From Hydrolagus affinis (taxonomy: Eukaryota), in NCBI GenBank assembly GCA_012026655.1, contig JAAILG010001277.1:1-64000 (forward strand): a stretch of DNA of 64,000 nt. The letters are read 5' to 3'. The notes under the pieces were generated by a model that was given only the letters and a program-made list of their open reading frames with translations, did not search any database and had not been told where the DNA came from. Shown here piece after piece: positions 27,591 through 40,149 of this stretch; positions within the stretch are counted from its first letter, which is position 1; every line of letters starts with the position of its first letter. Made by a program: the position numbers and the translations under genes.

Positions 27591-27616
27591 GGTTTTGTTT
27601 TTTAATGCCATATGTG

Positions 27617-27927
27617 GAGTCCTTTAACTCAGTAGTTAGAGCACTTTCCTTACAAGCAAGAAACCTGGGTTTGATTCCAGGCAGGGTGAAATCTTGGGCA
27701 AGTTTCCTTACTCTACATGCCTAATAATAATCCCTCAAAAAAATGAACAATAATAAATTGGTCATTTCGATCCATGAATGATGTGGGACACTGCTGGGTG
27801 CAATTGGGTGCCGCGTATTTCCCACGTATATAGTTAATTCATTTTTACAGTATATTCTGTGAAGCACTTTGAGACCTCTTGATGGTGTGAAAAGCGCAAT
27901 ATCAAATGCAAAGATTATTATTATTAT
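27617..27927 (+). mobile_element. Full-length tRNA-derived SINE, short variant
   Basis: Pol III A-box-like taactcagtagttagagc, B-box-like ggtttgattcc, family body and (tta)n tail. Confidence 0.92.
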
Positions 27928-30084
27928 GTATCCATTCCAATTCTATGTAAATGCTACTTGCAAACAATTGTTGCTTCATTTTGCTTTTTCCATAAATTTG
28001 TGAAATCTCCAGGTCCCCGTCAGTTTCGATTTGAAGGGATCTGACAAGTAGTTGCTTTAACCCAAGTTGGGAGGCTGAGCGGTCAGACCCCAATCAAATG
28101 CCAAGGAGCTCGTTTTACAATTTGTATAACAAGCCAAACAACATTAAGTAAGACGCAATAATGAATATTGCAACATAGACAATGTGCACGTTACTAACCT
28201 CAACTCTTTGACCAATACTGCAGACACATCGAGTAATCTACAAAAGGTTAAAGTCTATTAGAACTGATTGTTGAATGCTGCATATGAATGGTTAAAACAG
28301 TGCATGATGCTATTAATCAATATACCAAGTGTTTAGCAAGGGTCAATGCTTCTGAACTTTCTAACTGTGATTTATTGTCAGTATAAGTCACTTGTTAGTT
28401 GAAAAAGCCAGAACACTGCAACCGCACGGTCAAACTCTTCTGCAGACCATCCGGGTACAACATTAAAATATTATGTTTGTGCAGTCTTATACAACATCTA
28501 CAGGAAATACCCGTTAGAAACTATAAGTGACATGTTACAAAGGCTGTTAGTCTGTAGCTACCAATGTTACACACTTATAAATGCTACATGCCATGACAAC
28601 AGGATCAAAGGTTGCCTTTAACCCTATTATCCTTACACCCCCACTGTTGAATCCTAATGGTGCACCACGGATACAATCTCACAGGGGATCGGGATCCACT
28701 GGAGTGTGACTATTGTGGATGAATTGCTCCATATTCCGTACTTCCCATCTGTAGTAGTCTACTACAGTTGACTGCTGTTAGGAGTTCACCTTGTTTTCCA
28801 TCGAAAAGAAACATATTCAGATTGTAAAGCAGCCAGTATATAATTTTTCCTTTTTCTTCCCCATTTTGTACAGATTGATTGCAAAACCCGTGTAATAGAA
28901 CAGTTGTCCAGGAGAGAACTCTTTTTGATTGTCAGTGGAGGGAACCCTGTAAAATAAACCTCTATAAAACCAAGGAAACATGAAGGCCAACTGCCTGTGA
29001 ACTTTTTAATTTTTCATTTTAATGAGCAGAGTGGACCCTCTTTATTAATATTAAAAATGTCAGCAGCAATCAGTTGGTGGTTAGCAGAGCAATGCATGCA
29101 CCTGGATTTTAGCCCCATTTCCTGATGCAAAATGATGCGTATTATGTGTGAAAAAGAAATGAATTATTGCTTGTGAAGGACTCTATGAATATTCATTGTA
29201 CGAGTTCATAAGATTATTGCAATAGCACATATTTGAGAACTTTCTCTGGGGGCGCGGGCGGTGGGGGGGGTGGGGGGGGGAGGAATGAAATAAATGTCTT
29301 TTACCCTGTGATCAAATGCCTGCAGAAACAACACATACATTTTCTTTAGCCTCACTTCTGTACAATGCTAACGAAAGACAATCTTACAAGATGCACTTGC
29401 CATGTATCTTATCATTTATACCCTGACAAATTGTAGCTTGAGGGATCACAGCCATGCCCCAGAAAGCCCAAAACTACTTTACAAATAATTTAAACCTAAA
29501 AAAAATTATGAACATAATGAGAATAGACTGGAAGATAATAATTCTGAAATGATATATAGGATATGACAGGAGTATCATTATATTAAAGCGGTTCTTTCAG
29601 GAGTGTGAGAAAGTCATAAGTCACAAGCCCTGCAGGCAAAAGTTCTAAAGGTCTTTCCAAAAGTGAAAGCAAGTCTGCAACTCTCTATCAATGGTTTACT
29701 TAGCGTGCTGGAGTATATTGACAGTGCAGATTGTTTAATCATAATTAATTTCAACATATTTGTTGTACCTGCAGCTCATCATCATAATCTTGGATGGCAG
29801 AACTATTATGAATTGCACCCAAATAATAAGTTACAACACAATAATAGCAACAAATTGTTTTGCACTTTCAAGATCAACAACAAACTCAAAAATAAACTTA
29901 AGTGCAAGGGAGATTTAGATCATTTACAACTAGTTTCTCATTGTCTTTCTTTATTCTTGATTTAGAGTAACCTATCTCTTTGGTTAAAATGATGCCTTTG
30001 CATTAACAGAAGGAGAAAATATACCTCTGTGTACAGGTAAATTCACTGCTGGAATCTGCGGCTGAAGAAAATAGCAACAATATA

Positions 30085-30190
30085 TTTATCAGGAAATTGA
30101 TGCATAGATGAGGGAGAAAATAATAGAATAGAAGGGATGGAGGCTTGTGTGAAATGTAGATTAATTGGGCTATATCATTCTGTGTAAGTC
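30085..30190 (+). mobile_element. CR1-like 3' UTR remnant
   Basis: atgagggagaaa..aatagaagg..ggaggcttgtgtg..ttgggc resembles chondrichthyan CR1 3' ends (recalled). Confidence 0.45.
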
Positions 30191-30231
30191 AATGTCACTG
30201 TATGTATTTCATCATTAGCTTCTCAACATTA

Positions 30232-30345
30232 TGTTTCGCCCACAAATATACAGTCAATTCACTTTACAATATATTCTGTGAACCACTTTGAGAAGATGTG
30301 AAGGCACTATATCAAAAAGGAAAATGCAAGGATTATTATTATTAT
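30232..30345 (+). mobile_element. SINE 3' portion
   Basis: gtttcgcccacaaatatacagtcaattcactttac..aatgcaaggattattattatt. Confidence 0.9.
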
Positions 30346-30410
30346 GTGGGGAAGCCACAAAGCCTGCCATTTTGGCAAGACTCACAGCCACAAAGATAGC
30401 TTGAGTTTTA

Positions 30411-30458
30411 TTTTATATATATATATATAAAATATATATATATATAAAATATATATAT
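30411..30458. repeat. (TA)n microsatellite with AAAA interruptions
   Basis: ttttatatatatatatataaaatatatatatatataaaatatatatat. Confidence 0.95.
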
Positions 30459-30506
30459 CCTGACATGAAAGGCGCTATACAAGTGTCATTTTATTGTTGT
30501 TGTTAT
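30459..30506 (+). mobile_element. Isolated L2 3' tail
   Basis: cctgacatgaaaggcgctatacaagtgtcattttattgttgttgtt. Confidence 0.7.
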
Positions 30507-33500
30507 TTTTGTGTTCTGTGAAGGGCAGTGAATGAGAAGCCCCAATTATCTTTCTACTTATGTAGATTTTAACAAAGAGTTGAAATCTCACCCCTTCTGG
30601 TGAACTGGTATAGTTATGGAATGGTGAGGTTTGGGGGGAATTGTGTGGGGGGTGAACAGATGAGCTGTTATAATTCAGTGCAGTGACAAATGCACCTTGT
30701 TTTATCTTCCTGAGCCAAGTTTAAAATAGTGTTTCTTTGAATCACACAACAAGAAATAGTCCTTGAAAAAATTACAATTCATTCCAGCTCATTAGGAATG
30801 CAAAAATAAATACTGTATATATATTTTTTGCAGAACATGTTTGGTTCAGAATTGAGATTTGCCATTTAAAAAAACATTAATAGGATCTATAATGACAAAA
30901 ATAAAATATGGAGTTGTGAAGAACAGATAAAGTATTGCAGCACATTAGTGATAAGAGAATCTAATGCACAAATAATATTCGCAGGATTAGAAATTAAATA
31001 GTACGCAATGCCGTCTAGTTGGATTATTAGTGTTCTAGGTTTGGCCTTTGCTGTTTTGTAAAACTTGATCAGGATTTGAATAATTATTTTGAGGTTTATG
31101 GATTGAAAAATGTAGGCAATTTGGGACTTAAGTTGCTGCTGATGCCTTATTACCATATATACACAACACATTCTCTTATATCTTTACCATTTGTTATTGA
31201 AACTACTTCCTATCTGGCTGCTAAGGCCAGTTAAATAGCATTGATTGTTTTTCTAACATTTGCATGCATGATCTGCGGTAAATTGCCCCCCTGAGGAGGT
31301 ATAATAATGAAGGTCTTGCACTTGATGTCTGTGGTGTTGAATGAACAGCACCCTGTCCTGCACCCAATTATTGGGCCTTTCTTCAGCCACAATATCTTCA
31401 CTTTTGTTAACACAACAACTTGAAGGATTTCATTGCTCATTAATTTGTTCTGGTTACATTTCAGTAATTAACAAAAAGTAGTTCATTTGTCTTTCGTCCA
31501 AAATCTGTTTCTATATAAATTGTGTCTAATTGAGTTACTTTTTTTCATACCAGATTCAGATTGTAACATCTTACTGTATAAATCACCATGGATTTCTCAA
31601 CATTATACGCTATGCTGAAATGCAGCAAAAAAGTAACAAATTTAAATCTATCTGAGGTAGGAAAAGCAGAGGCAGAAATGCACAACTTTGACTGATTACG
31701 TTGGCAATTTTGTAATTCTCGGTAGCAAGCGATGACTTCTGGTCTAATTGCATAAAATATTTCAGAGAATAAAGAGAAACAATGGATACATTTTTCTGCA
31801 CATTTTGTTTGTTTTGTGGCTTTAATGTTAACCTTAAAATAGAGCCCCCAAATGCTATTAAGATCGAGAAATTGGTACTATGTATATTTCTGTGTAGAGG
31901 CAAAATATGTTGACTGGGAAATATTGTTTCCAACCTACATTTCATCCAGAGGCTCTTAGCAAATTTTGTGTTGTCATAGTGAAAAGTTTTGATAGCTGAT
32001 GAGTGTCAAGAGGTCAGTGGAAACCTTCCTAATGCAGCTTTGTTTGATGAGATGACATAGCCAGTATTAGGCAACCCTTTTTGATTCACACAGCTGTTAG
32101 GAATAATTGCTGCCAGATAGTTTTGTACATTATTGTAGAGACTTATTTATTGCCTGGTGAGTCATGACAAGTCGGTGGTATGTTCTAAAGCATAGCTCAA
32201 TGCTGTATTTTATCCTACTGTGGAAACCACGACACTACTCAATATACAATAAAAAGTGTTGTTGTATTGCCTACATTGCTCTTCGGTATAGGAACCAGAG
32301 AAAAGATTTCTAATGTAAATTAAAAAGGCATGCATCAATTTATTAAATGGTTACAGAAAACAGTGGATACGTGTAAATTATGCTGAATTCTCTCCACCTC
32401 CCCCGCCCCCCCCACCCCCACCCCCACACCCCTTTCATGGTACAATTCAGACATAAGACAAACACTTACATTTGAAAAAACAATGGATTTCAGTTCCCCC
32501 ACTATCAACAGCACCAGACCAAAATTATTAATGTATTCAAATAATATGGCTGTGTAACAGTGGAGGATTTTACCATGCTGCTAACCATATTGATGTTAGT
32601 CATCAGCCACAACTAAGATACTGTAGTAAGAATTCAAGCACCTCAAAAACTTTTTTTTTTAAATGGTAACATTATTCCAAAATAACAATGGAAGCTTTTA
32701 GCTGGACTTCTGTCAGGCTATGTGTAAGAATCCACTCAGTTGTTTAAAGCATTACAGTATAAGCTTTACCTGATGTTACCAAAGAGTAGCTCTGGTGTCC
32801 TAGAGCAGGGCTGCACTGTGGATGTAAACAAAAGTTCTCAAACATCCCCACTGATGGAGCTGGTGTTTTTTTTTTGCTGAAATCTGGAAATACTGTTAGA
32901 AGTTATCTGCAATTTGTGGCAAATTGCCTTTTGTTACACTCAAAATACCTACAGTGGACCAACTGAAGTCTGGAGGAACTTAAAGGATAAATGGACCCTT
33001 AAAAAGTGGACTTAGTGTAGCTCAGACAGTAACAACTAGAATTCTACAGTTGCGTAAACAGAATTAACTGATACACATGGAGAACAAACATAAATCTGAG
33101 TAATTGGTAAGGGAATCCACAAGCTTGAGGGGATATTGCACTCCGAGCAAAATACTATACAAGGTATGCACAAAGCCTACTACAGTACTATACTTTAGGA
33201 AGGTTAAAGTGAAGCATTGTCTTGTGGGAGATCAGACTTCAAGGGCATATGCTATCTTTCCAACAAGTAAAATACAAGTTTGGAAGAAAATAAACAGAAT
33301 CAAATCAATTAGAGGTACGGACCTCTCAAGTAGGGTCACTTATTGCACTTGCACATTTGCTCTGCAGCTCCCCACAAGAGATCAAAAAAAGCATGTTGCC
33401 ACTGGAAACAGCATGAGCTGTTTCAGGCTGTTCAAACAGCATCCAATATGGCCTGTAGCAATGACACAGAGGACTTTTTATTCTGGTCATGGGTTAGCTG

Positions 33501-34636
33501 CCACATGCGAAAGCGACCTTCAGTTAAAAAGTTAGTGGTTGCTCCTGCAAAAGGCAACTTATCCCAGGCTTAATCAATCTGCTTTTACAAACTTAATGTA
33601 GTATTCTATTCACTACAATGTTAATGGTTTTTTAATATTAGCTGGAGTTTTGCTATGTACAATGATATAACTGTAGTCTACTTAAAAAGCTTTTGTGGCA
33701 TCACATTAGGTAGTTGACATTTGGTAATGTCAAAGGTTGATAACAGGAAGATGGTGATTTCAGGCTGGCTTTGCCTAAAGGATACTCTGGTTAGCAGTAG
33801 ATTAGGTGGTGTATTCTTACAGAAATTAGCTGTTTGCCTCCCAGCCAAATACAATATGCAATCAATGAGAAATGTTATATATTGTGGCAGTTCTTTTTTT
33901 CCCCCCCAAAAACAAAAAGAAAAATTCTAAAGAGTAACTTTAAACTAAAACTTGCTTAGTCATTAGCATAAATATTGCCGGAGGTTTTAAAAAAAACTTG
34001 ATTATAAGTTAAATACCTGGAATGTTAACTTCACTGGACCGTTATATGGCATGGTCTTTAGGAACCATACAAAAGTATGTAATAAAGAGGTGTGGATTAC
34101 AGGAAATTTATTTAAGCTGTCTCATTAATGGACTGCATGCATGTATGAATGATAAATCCTAATGTATGGATTTTAAAATTCTAATGTTGTATTTGTTGGC
34201 GCATGGGTTTAATAAATTTCAGCAAATGTCGTTAAGGGATTGCTACTTTTTAAGCTTTAATTCTTTCTTGTTTTGTCATTAATACCATTTATTAAATATA
34301 ACCAATTGTCCCAGTCTTCAGTTGCTGAGTTTAGTATGAAAACTGCTAGTAATTTCATCAGGAAAAAATCCCTGCAGATCTTCACTAAAAATTGAGAAAA
34401 TAAAAATATATTAGCAATTTTTTTTTACATGCAGCCTTATGGTGAATTGATTTAGAAGTATGTATTTGGTCAATGGATCCTGGATGTAGATTGGTCAATG
34501 GATCCTAACATCCCAGTGCAGCGATCACTAACGCTGGACATTGTGTGATGAGAATACTGAATAAAACTGCCGGATCATAATGGGTTGGAGTGTCAGCTGA
34601 GATTGTGTGTCATTCAAGGCTTGATCCCACAACCGA

Positions 34637-34702
34637 CATGGGGCTTGAACTTACAACCTTCTGGCTCAGAGGTGGGAGTGCTACCACTGAGCCAGGCTGA
34701 CA
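34637..34702 (-). mobile_element. tRNA-derived SINE head, older family
   Basis: The minus strand reads tgtcagcctggctcagtggtagcactccc..ctgagccagaaggttgtaagttcaagccc, with A and B boxes. Similar to the head at about 49602. Confidence 0.75.
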
Positions 34703-34764
34703 CATGATAAACATGAAAAGACAACTTCAGAAATGTTCTCCCTGAAACCTTAGCTTATGTTAAG

Positions 34765-34900
34765 AATATAATAGTAGAAGGCCATTCAACTCATTGAGCC
34801 TGTTGTCTTACCAATTGATTATAGAATAACTGGTGTTTAAATCACATTTCCCCACCTTACCCCCATTCCTCTCAATACTCACTTCTCAAATATCTCATTC
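34765..34900 (-). mobile_element. CR1-like 3' end remnant
   Basis: aggccattcaactcattgagcctg..cacatttccccacctt, a typical antisense CR1 terminus. Confidence 0.5.
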
Positions 34901-36032
34901 ACCTACAAAATATACAATCAATACTCTTTGCAGTAAATCCTGTGAAGCTCTTTGATATGTCGTCCTAACATGAAAGGTGCTGTGTCAAAGGCAAGGATCA
35001 TTACCTTCCTGTATTAGATGTTGATTAACCCTTTGCGAATTTTCAATGTTTGTTTTATTTCGTTATGTCACCAGTTGGCTTGACACTACAATTCCAAATA
35101 AATACAAATACAGTATAGAAAAGCAACATCAAAATTTTCAAATGTGCTACATCATCTAAACCGGTTCAGCCAAGAATGTGGTCAAACCCCTTTGAAATAA
35201 AATCAGGAAAACTATACCTCACATCATGTTCATCCGTAAAGATGTTTTTGTTCTGCAAATCCTGTAGTGCTGTATTCCGTGATAACATTGTTGGAGATAT
35301 GGATAGAGCAATATTTAACACAATAATCAATGAGAACTCATCTAAGATAGGAAGCTATATTTTAAAAGCACCTTTCTTGTCGAGTTCAGAAAGATTAAAA
35401 ATTTACTACAAGTAATCACTGCCATTTCCTATGATTAACCTTCACCACCCTGACCTTACCTAGAGGCAATTCAATTTCTAATTGTCCAATTACATTTAAG
35501 GTTTCTTGTGTGCTAGGCACAAACTAAAGTTACTTTCAAATTCTGGGGCTGTCGATTTGGACATGGTTGGAATGCTACGCAAATAATGATTTAGATGAAC
35601 ACATAGACCTTGGTGATTGATTTATAGTTTGAAACAATAATGAATTTACATCTCCAGACAGTGAGATGTCTTCAGAACTCACTGCCTGAGCACATTGATT
35701 CAAATGCAAAATTATTCTTAACGCAGACTTTGCAAAACTGTTTCAAAATTCCCTGGTGTAATGGTGACATTGGACCTCATCTTATTTTAACTCTTTGAAG
35801 TCTATCTCATTGCATTTTGCAGCACAGAAAAAGATCTATATAACGTATGCACATTTTTTCAATTATATCTTAAATTGCTCAGTGCTTTTATAGATTTAGC
35901 CTGTTCAATTTATGGTTGAATCTGGTTACTGCAGTGTTTGGCTTTACAGCTAGAGAGTGGGATACAAGCAGGAATGACAATAATATTATTTCAGTCAAAT
36001 ATTTTGCTATCTAATCATTCTAAAATTATATA

Positions 36033-36336
36033 GCCATCCTTCAGACGAGACAAGTCTTGTTTGCCTGTTCAGGTAAAAAGACGTTAACCCAAAGTCCTGT
36101 TTGCCTGTTCATGTTAAAGATCCCTATTTGAAAAGAATTGGTGCCTGGGCTTCACAATTCCAAAAATCTAAATTGGTCATTCACTCCATAGTTTTTTATG
36201 AGACACTGTTGTGTGCAACTGGCTGCCGTGATGCACCCACAAAATGTACAGTCAATTCACTTTACCGTATATCCTGGGAAGTGCTTTGAGATACTTCGAC
36301 GAGTTGAGGTGCTATATCAAATACAGGAATTATTAT
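36033..36336 (+). mobile_element. DeuSINE-like SINE with partial Deu domain and the shared 3' part
   Basis: gccatccttcagacgagac..tgcctgttcagg..gttaaagatccc..ctatttgaaaaga, then the common body and tail. Confidence 0.8.
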
Positions 36337-36672
36337 TTTTGCATTATAAAATCAAATTAGTCACTTTTTTGTACTACAGTACTACTGTAATTTTCTGGGA
36401 TCCTGAAGACGTGGTTCAGTTTAAGGATGTACAGTAGATTTCTGGATGTATCATACAAAATATAAAAAGTATAAAATCAGAATGATGGAACTTGGTAATT
36501 AGACCCATTTTAATAACTGCCAAGAACTTTTTAGGGTCTATTTAAGAGCAGAACAGGAATTGATCAGTACTCACAGCATTTATAATGTAAACATTATATA
36601 TCATGAAGTCCTGTAGCTCAGATAGAGCACTTGCCTCTCAAGCAAGAAACCTGTGTTCAATTCCTTGCAGGG

Positions 36673-36772
36673 NNNNNNNNNNNNNNNNNNNNNNNNNNNN
36701 NNNNNNNNNNNNNNNNNNNNNNNNNNNNNNNNNNNNNNNNNNNNNNNNNNNNNNNNNNNNNNNNNNNNNNNN
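36673..36772. other. Assembly gap (100 N)
   Basis: Run of N. Confidence 1.
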
Positions 36773-36943
36773 TATCAACGTCCCAAAGCGCTTCACAGAA
36801 TATACTGTAAAGTGAATTGACTGTATATATTTGTGGGCGAATCGCGGCAGCCAATTGCGCACAGCAGTGTCCCACACACAGTCGTGGATTGAAATGACCA
36901 ATTTTATTATTGTGTTTTTTTTTTGAGGGATTATTATTAGGCA
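36773..36943 (-). mobile_element. SINE, short variant, CpG-retaining and probably young
   Basis: caaagcgcttcacagaatatactgtaaagtgaattgactg..cgcggcagccaattgcgcacagcagtgtccca..gagggattattattaggca. Confidence 0.92.
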
Positions 36944-38959
36944 AATTGTTGGGCAAGTTTCCTTACTCCATGCACGTTTACATAGCAGTCAGTAGGAGCC
37001 TGGCTGTTAGTCGATTGGCGAATCACTTATCCGGGATTAGTAATCCTTCCTTCTAAAAACAATAATAATTTGGTCACTCAATCCACGACTGTTTGTGGGA
37101 CAGTGCTGTGCGTAATATGCTGCCGAGTTTCACCCACAAATATACCGTCAATTCACTTTACAGTATATTCTGTGAAGATGTCTAGAAGGCATGAAAAGCG
37201 CTACATCAAATGGAAGGATTATTATTTAGTATTATTTCTAAAATTATTTAAACATAAAAATGTTTAATATAAACAGAGTGTGAATGACTAATTAGACTTG
37301 AGTATTAGCAGCCACTGGCACCTTCCTGATCTGGGATTGACATGGGTTAAAACAGATGACGTGAAAAGGCTTAATAACAGGAACAAATAAACAACAATGC
37401 AATCTGCTGTGTTATTGTATTTACCATAAGGGAATTATGGAACATACTGTAATCCGAAGAAAATTGTACACTTGAAAAGTTGCGAATGTAGCTGATTTTC
37501 TTTATCATTCATCCCCATTAATTGAGAAATACATTTTGGAAAAGTGACAATTAAGGTAAAAATATATTCACTATATGAATTTAGTATATAAAGAGTTAAT
37601 AAGGCATAAAATTAAGTTGAAACCTTTATTATCTAGTTCAATGATTTCACCAGTGTTGATTTACCTCAGTGTTAATTATGAAAAATTACTGGGGTAATCA
37701 AGAGACATAAATTGTCTTTGAATGAACATTAAATGAAGATGCTGGTAGCTTTTTTTTACACAGCCTATGATAAATTTTCTTCTGTGTGACTAAAATCTAT
37801 GCACTTAGTGTTATTCGGTTTATTTGTAGGCTATTTGGTGCACACAGACGGTGAAAGTGAAAGCCATCAATATCTGTGTTTAATGACTAGACTAAGAAGA
37901 AAGATTGAAAATTCAATTGCTTAATGATTTAGGTCATCCCCTTTCACCTCTGCCAGGCCTAAGTTCAAAGTCAGCTGGAGGTGGGTGACGAAGGTCACTC
38001 ATTCTCTGATGGATGTAAATGTTAAATGTCACAAATGTAATCAGTTATTGGCAGCCTATTGTAGCCTTGAGAGGTTTCGAATGAATTTGGGGGGGCAAAA
38101 ACCTCTCCATAAGAATAGAAATAAGAAAATCCTCTTCTCCAAACAATACTCCCAATATGGATCAATCTTAAGGAAATTGCATTTCTCAACTTGGTTGCTG
38201 TAAATGATTTGAACCTGCGTTTCATTTGAATATCAATGCATCAGATTTGCACAATTTCAGAAAATGTATCAACTTTGGTAATATGACACCGTTTCATTCA
38301 AGGGTTATTCCTTTGATTATGAGCTTCCTGAAACCCAGTGGGCATGATTGCCCATCGCAACTCATGACAACAGCTACAGTGTAGCTGATCCACACTTATT
38401 ACATTTTAAATGCAAAGATTTTCTTAAAAAAAGTTAAACTATTCTTTTAATTGCTATCATAACCAGATATATCCTTTGAGAACTTAAAAATGAACCAGCA
38501 CTTGAGGTCCTTTAAACCAAGTTCTGAATAAACCTTAAGATGAGTGTGTGCAAAGTCCAGGAAAAAGGGTTTCAAAATGAGCAGTAAGAATCCAGTTTCC
38601 TCTTCAAGCGAATCATCACCCCCACCCCCTTTGGTTACATCACTTTCATAGTACTATAAATAGGGCACACATACACATGAGTACATTTTTGAAATGTAGA
38701 GTTATGGAAGTGCTACACAATCATAACTTACACAAGCTGGATGCAAGACTGCTATTGTAATTAAATTACCATCTCTGGCTACGTGGAAAGAGAAAATTAT
38801 GCTTCCAATAAAACTTCTGTGAGAGACCTTTGAGGATTTCAGTGATGCAGTTACTGTGCTCTCTTTCTGGTAATACAGACACAGACTCAGCTGTTATACA
38901 AAATGCTTCCCCTTTTGGCTAAGGCACCACATGAGACACTGCACAGTGATAGAGCTCAC

Positions 38960-39660
38960 GATCAGCGAAGAAAAAAAATGAAAGTAGGTTTTGCCCCAAA
39001 CCAGAGGCGAAACTCCGCTCAGCTGATCACAGAGAAGCATTACTAACAGCAGAGAGCAAACAGCCTCTCCTACTGCAACCCCTCAAGCTGAAGGAAGAAG
39101 CCAGGCAGCTGCGGGAATCCAATGATGGGCGGAGGCGGGAAGATGAGCAAAACAAAAGTAACTTGAAAATGAGAACAAAAATGCCTTGGTACGAGTTTTT
39201 TTTTCTGTCTCTCTCTGAACAAAAATAAGATGAGTGGAAGTATTGACCCAAAAAAGCAGCGTGTGTGATTCACGGACTAAGGGACTGAATCACAAAGAGG
39301 TTCTCTCCTGGAATGAAGCTTAGCAAGTGGAAACCCTGTTACAGCTGCATTATTTTGGCAGCACGTCAAGTATCATTTTGTTTTTGAGCAATCACAGCCC
39401 ACAAGTGTGAAAGATTGCTTGGGTGTGCTGAAAGCCAACCGATGGCTTTTGACCTGCAAAGTTCCATCCAGTCAGCAGGCACCAATAGCTGAGGCAGCAG
39501 AAAAAGAAATGAAATATCGTGTTGTCCCCTGTGTGCCACATCTGTTAGCCTTTCTTCTGAGACGCGCTGGCACCTGGGTCATGCCCCCTGGACCACGAAC
39601 ATTGATGAGGTCACCGAGCTAGCATGTTGGTGACCGGAGTTCCCTTTATAGATACTACAG
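38960..39660. promoter_or_regulatory. Candidate promoter or regulatory region
   Basis: CCAAT at 39119-39123 directly beside tandem GC boxes gggcgg/aggcggg (39127-39139), CRE-like cacgtca at 39362-39368, second CCAAT at 39482-39486. GC and CpG are locally raised and no repeat is recognisable. Confidence 0.5.
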
Positions 39661-40149
39661 TGATATTTTATCACAGCTTTATTTCAGGAACTGTAAGACC
39701 GCTTTGCAGGGGTTTAATGATTGACACCATGAGAAGAATACATATTGTCGAGGAATAAAGGAGTGCAGACCTTACGCACACACGCACTATTTAATACTTG
39801 TGTCAAGAGCAATTCCGAATACTATACGTTAGTATTGAAGTCACCACATTGAAGTGGTATTGCGGTAGGCTAAGTTCATCACCATGGCAGATTTGATTTC
39901 CAGCGTACACGGGTACATGGGCAAAACCTGACTGAGTATAACCCAGACAGCAAAGTATGTTTTTTTTACTGTTGTCGAAGGAGTTCACCTGTGGTGATCC
40001 TCCTCCTTGTGATATGCCACTCCTCATCTCGTGATATATTAAATAGAATTAGGAGTAACCTATTGGCTTTTCAAAATAAAATCATTTGTTTACTTTTATA
40101 AAGGAGAAACGCATTCTCCCGTTTCTTTCTCTGGTTATAATTTCATATC

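Larger units (their letters stand above)
36605..37232 (+). mobile_element. tRNA-derived SINE, long variant, interrupted after its head
   Basis: Head 36605-36672 (tagctcagatagagc..gttcaattcc). The body resumes at about 36940 (ggcaaattgttgggcaagtttccttactcc) and runs to the tail at about 37230. Confidence 0.85.

Noticed and set aside
27617-27690. tRNA-like sequence (also at 34637, 36605 and 50047)
   Set aside because: A and B boxes are present, but the cloverleaf is degenerate and most copies continue into SINE body. These are SINE heads, not tRNA genes.
29663-29830. DCLIIINFNIF resembling the L2 endonuclease LGDFNIH motif
   Set aside because: A single weak motif with the key residues missing; too little to call.
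33104-33535. 143-aa ORF
   Set aside because: Non-ATG start, no recognisable domain and no clear exon boundaries. At most a faint CR1 ORF1-like echo (SIRGTD; VISG further downstream).
35214-35290. Minus-strand frame DLQNKNIFTDEHDV ending AG|gtatag, as a possible next exon after the ATG at 38772
   Set aside because: Weak acceptor and donor, and no homology recognised.
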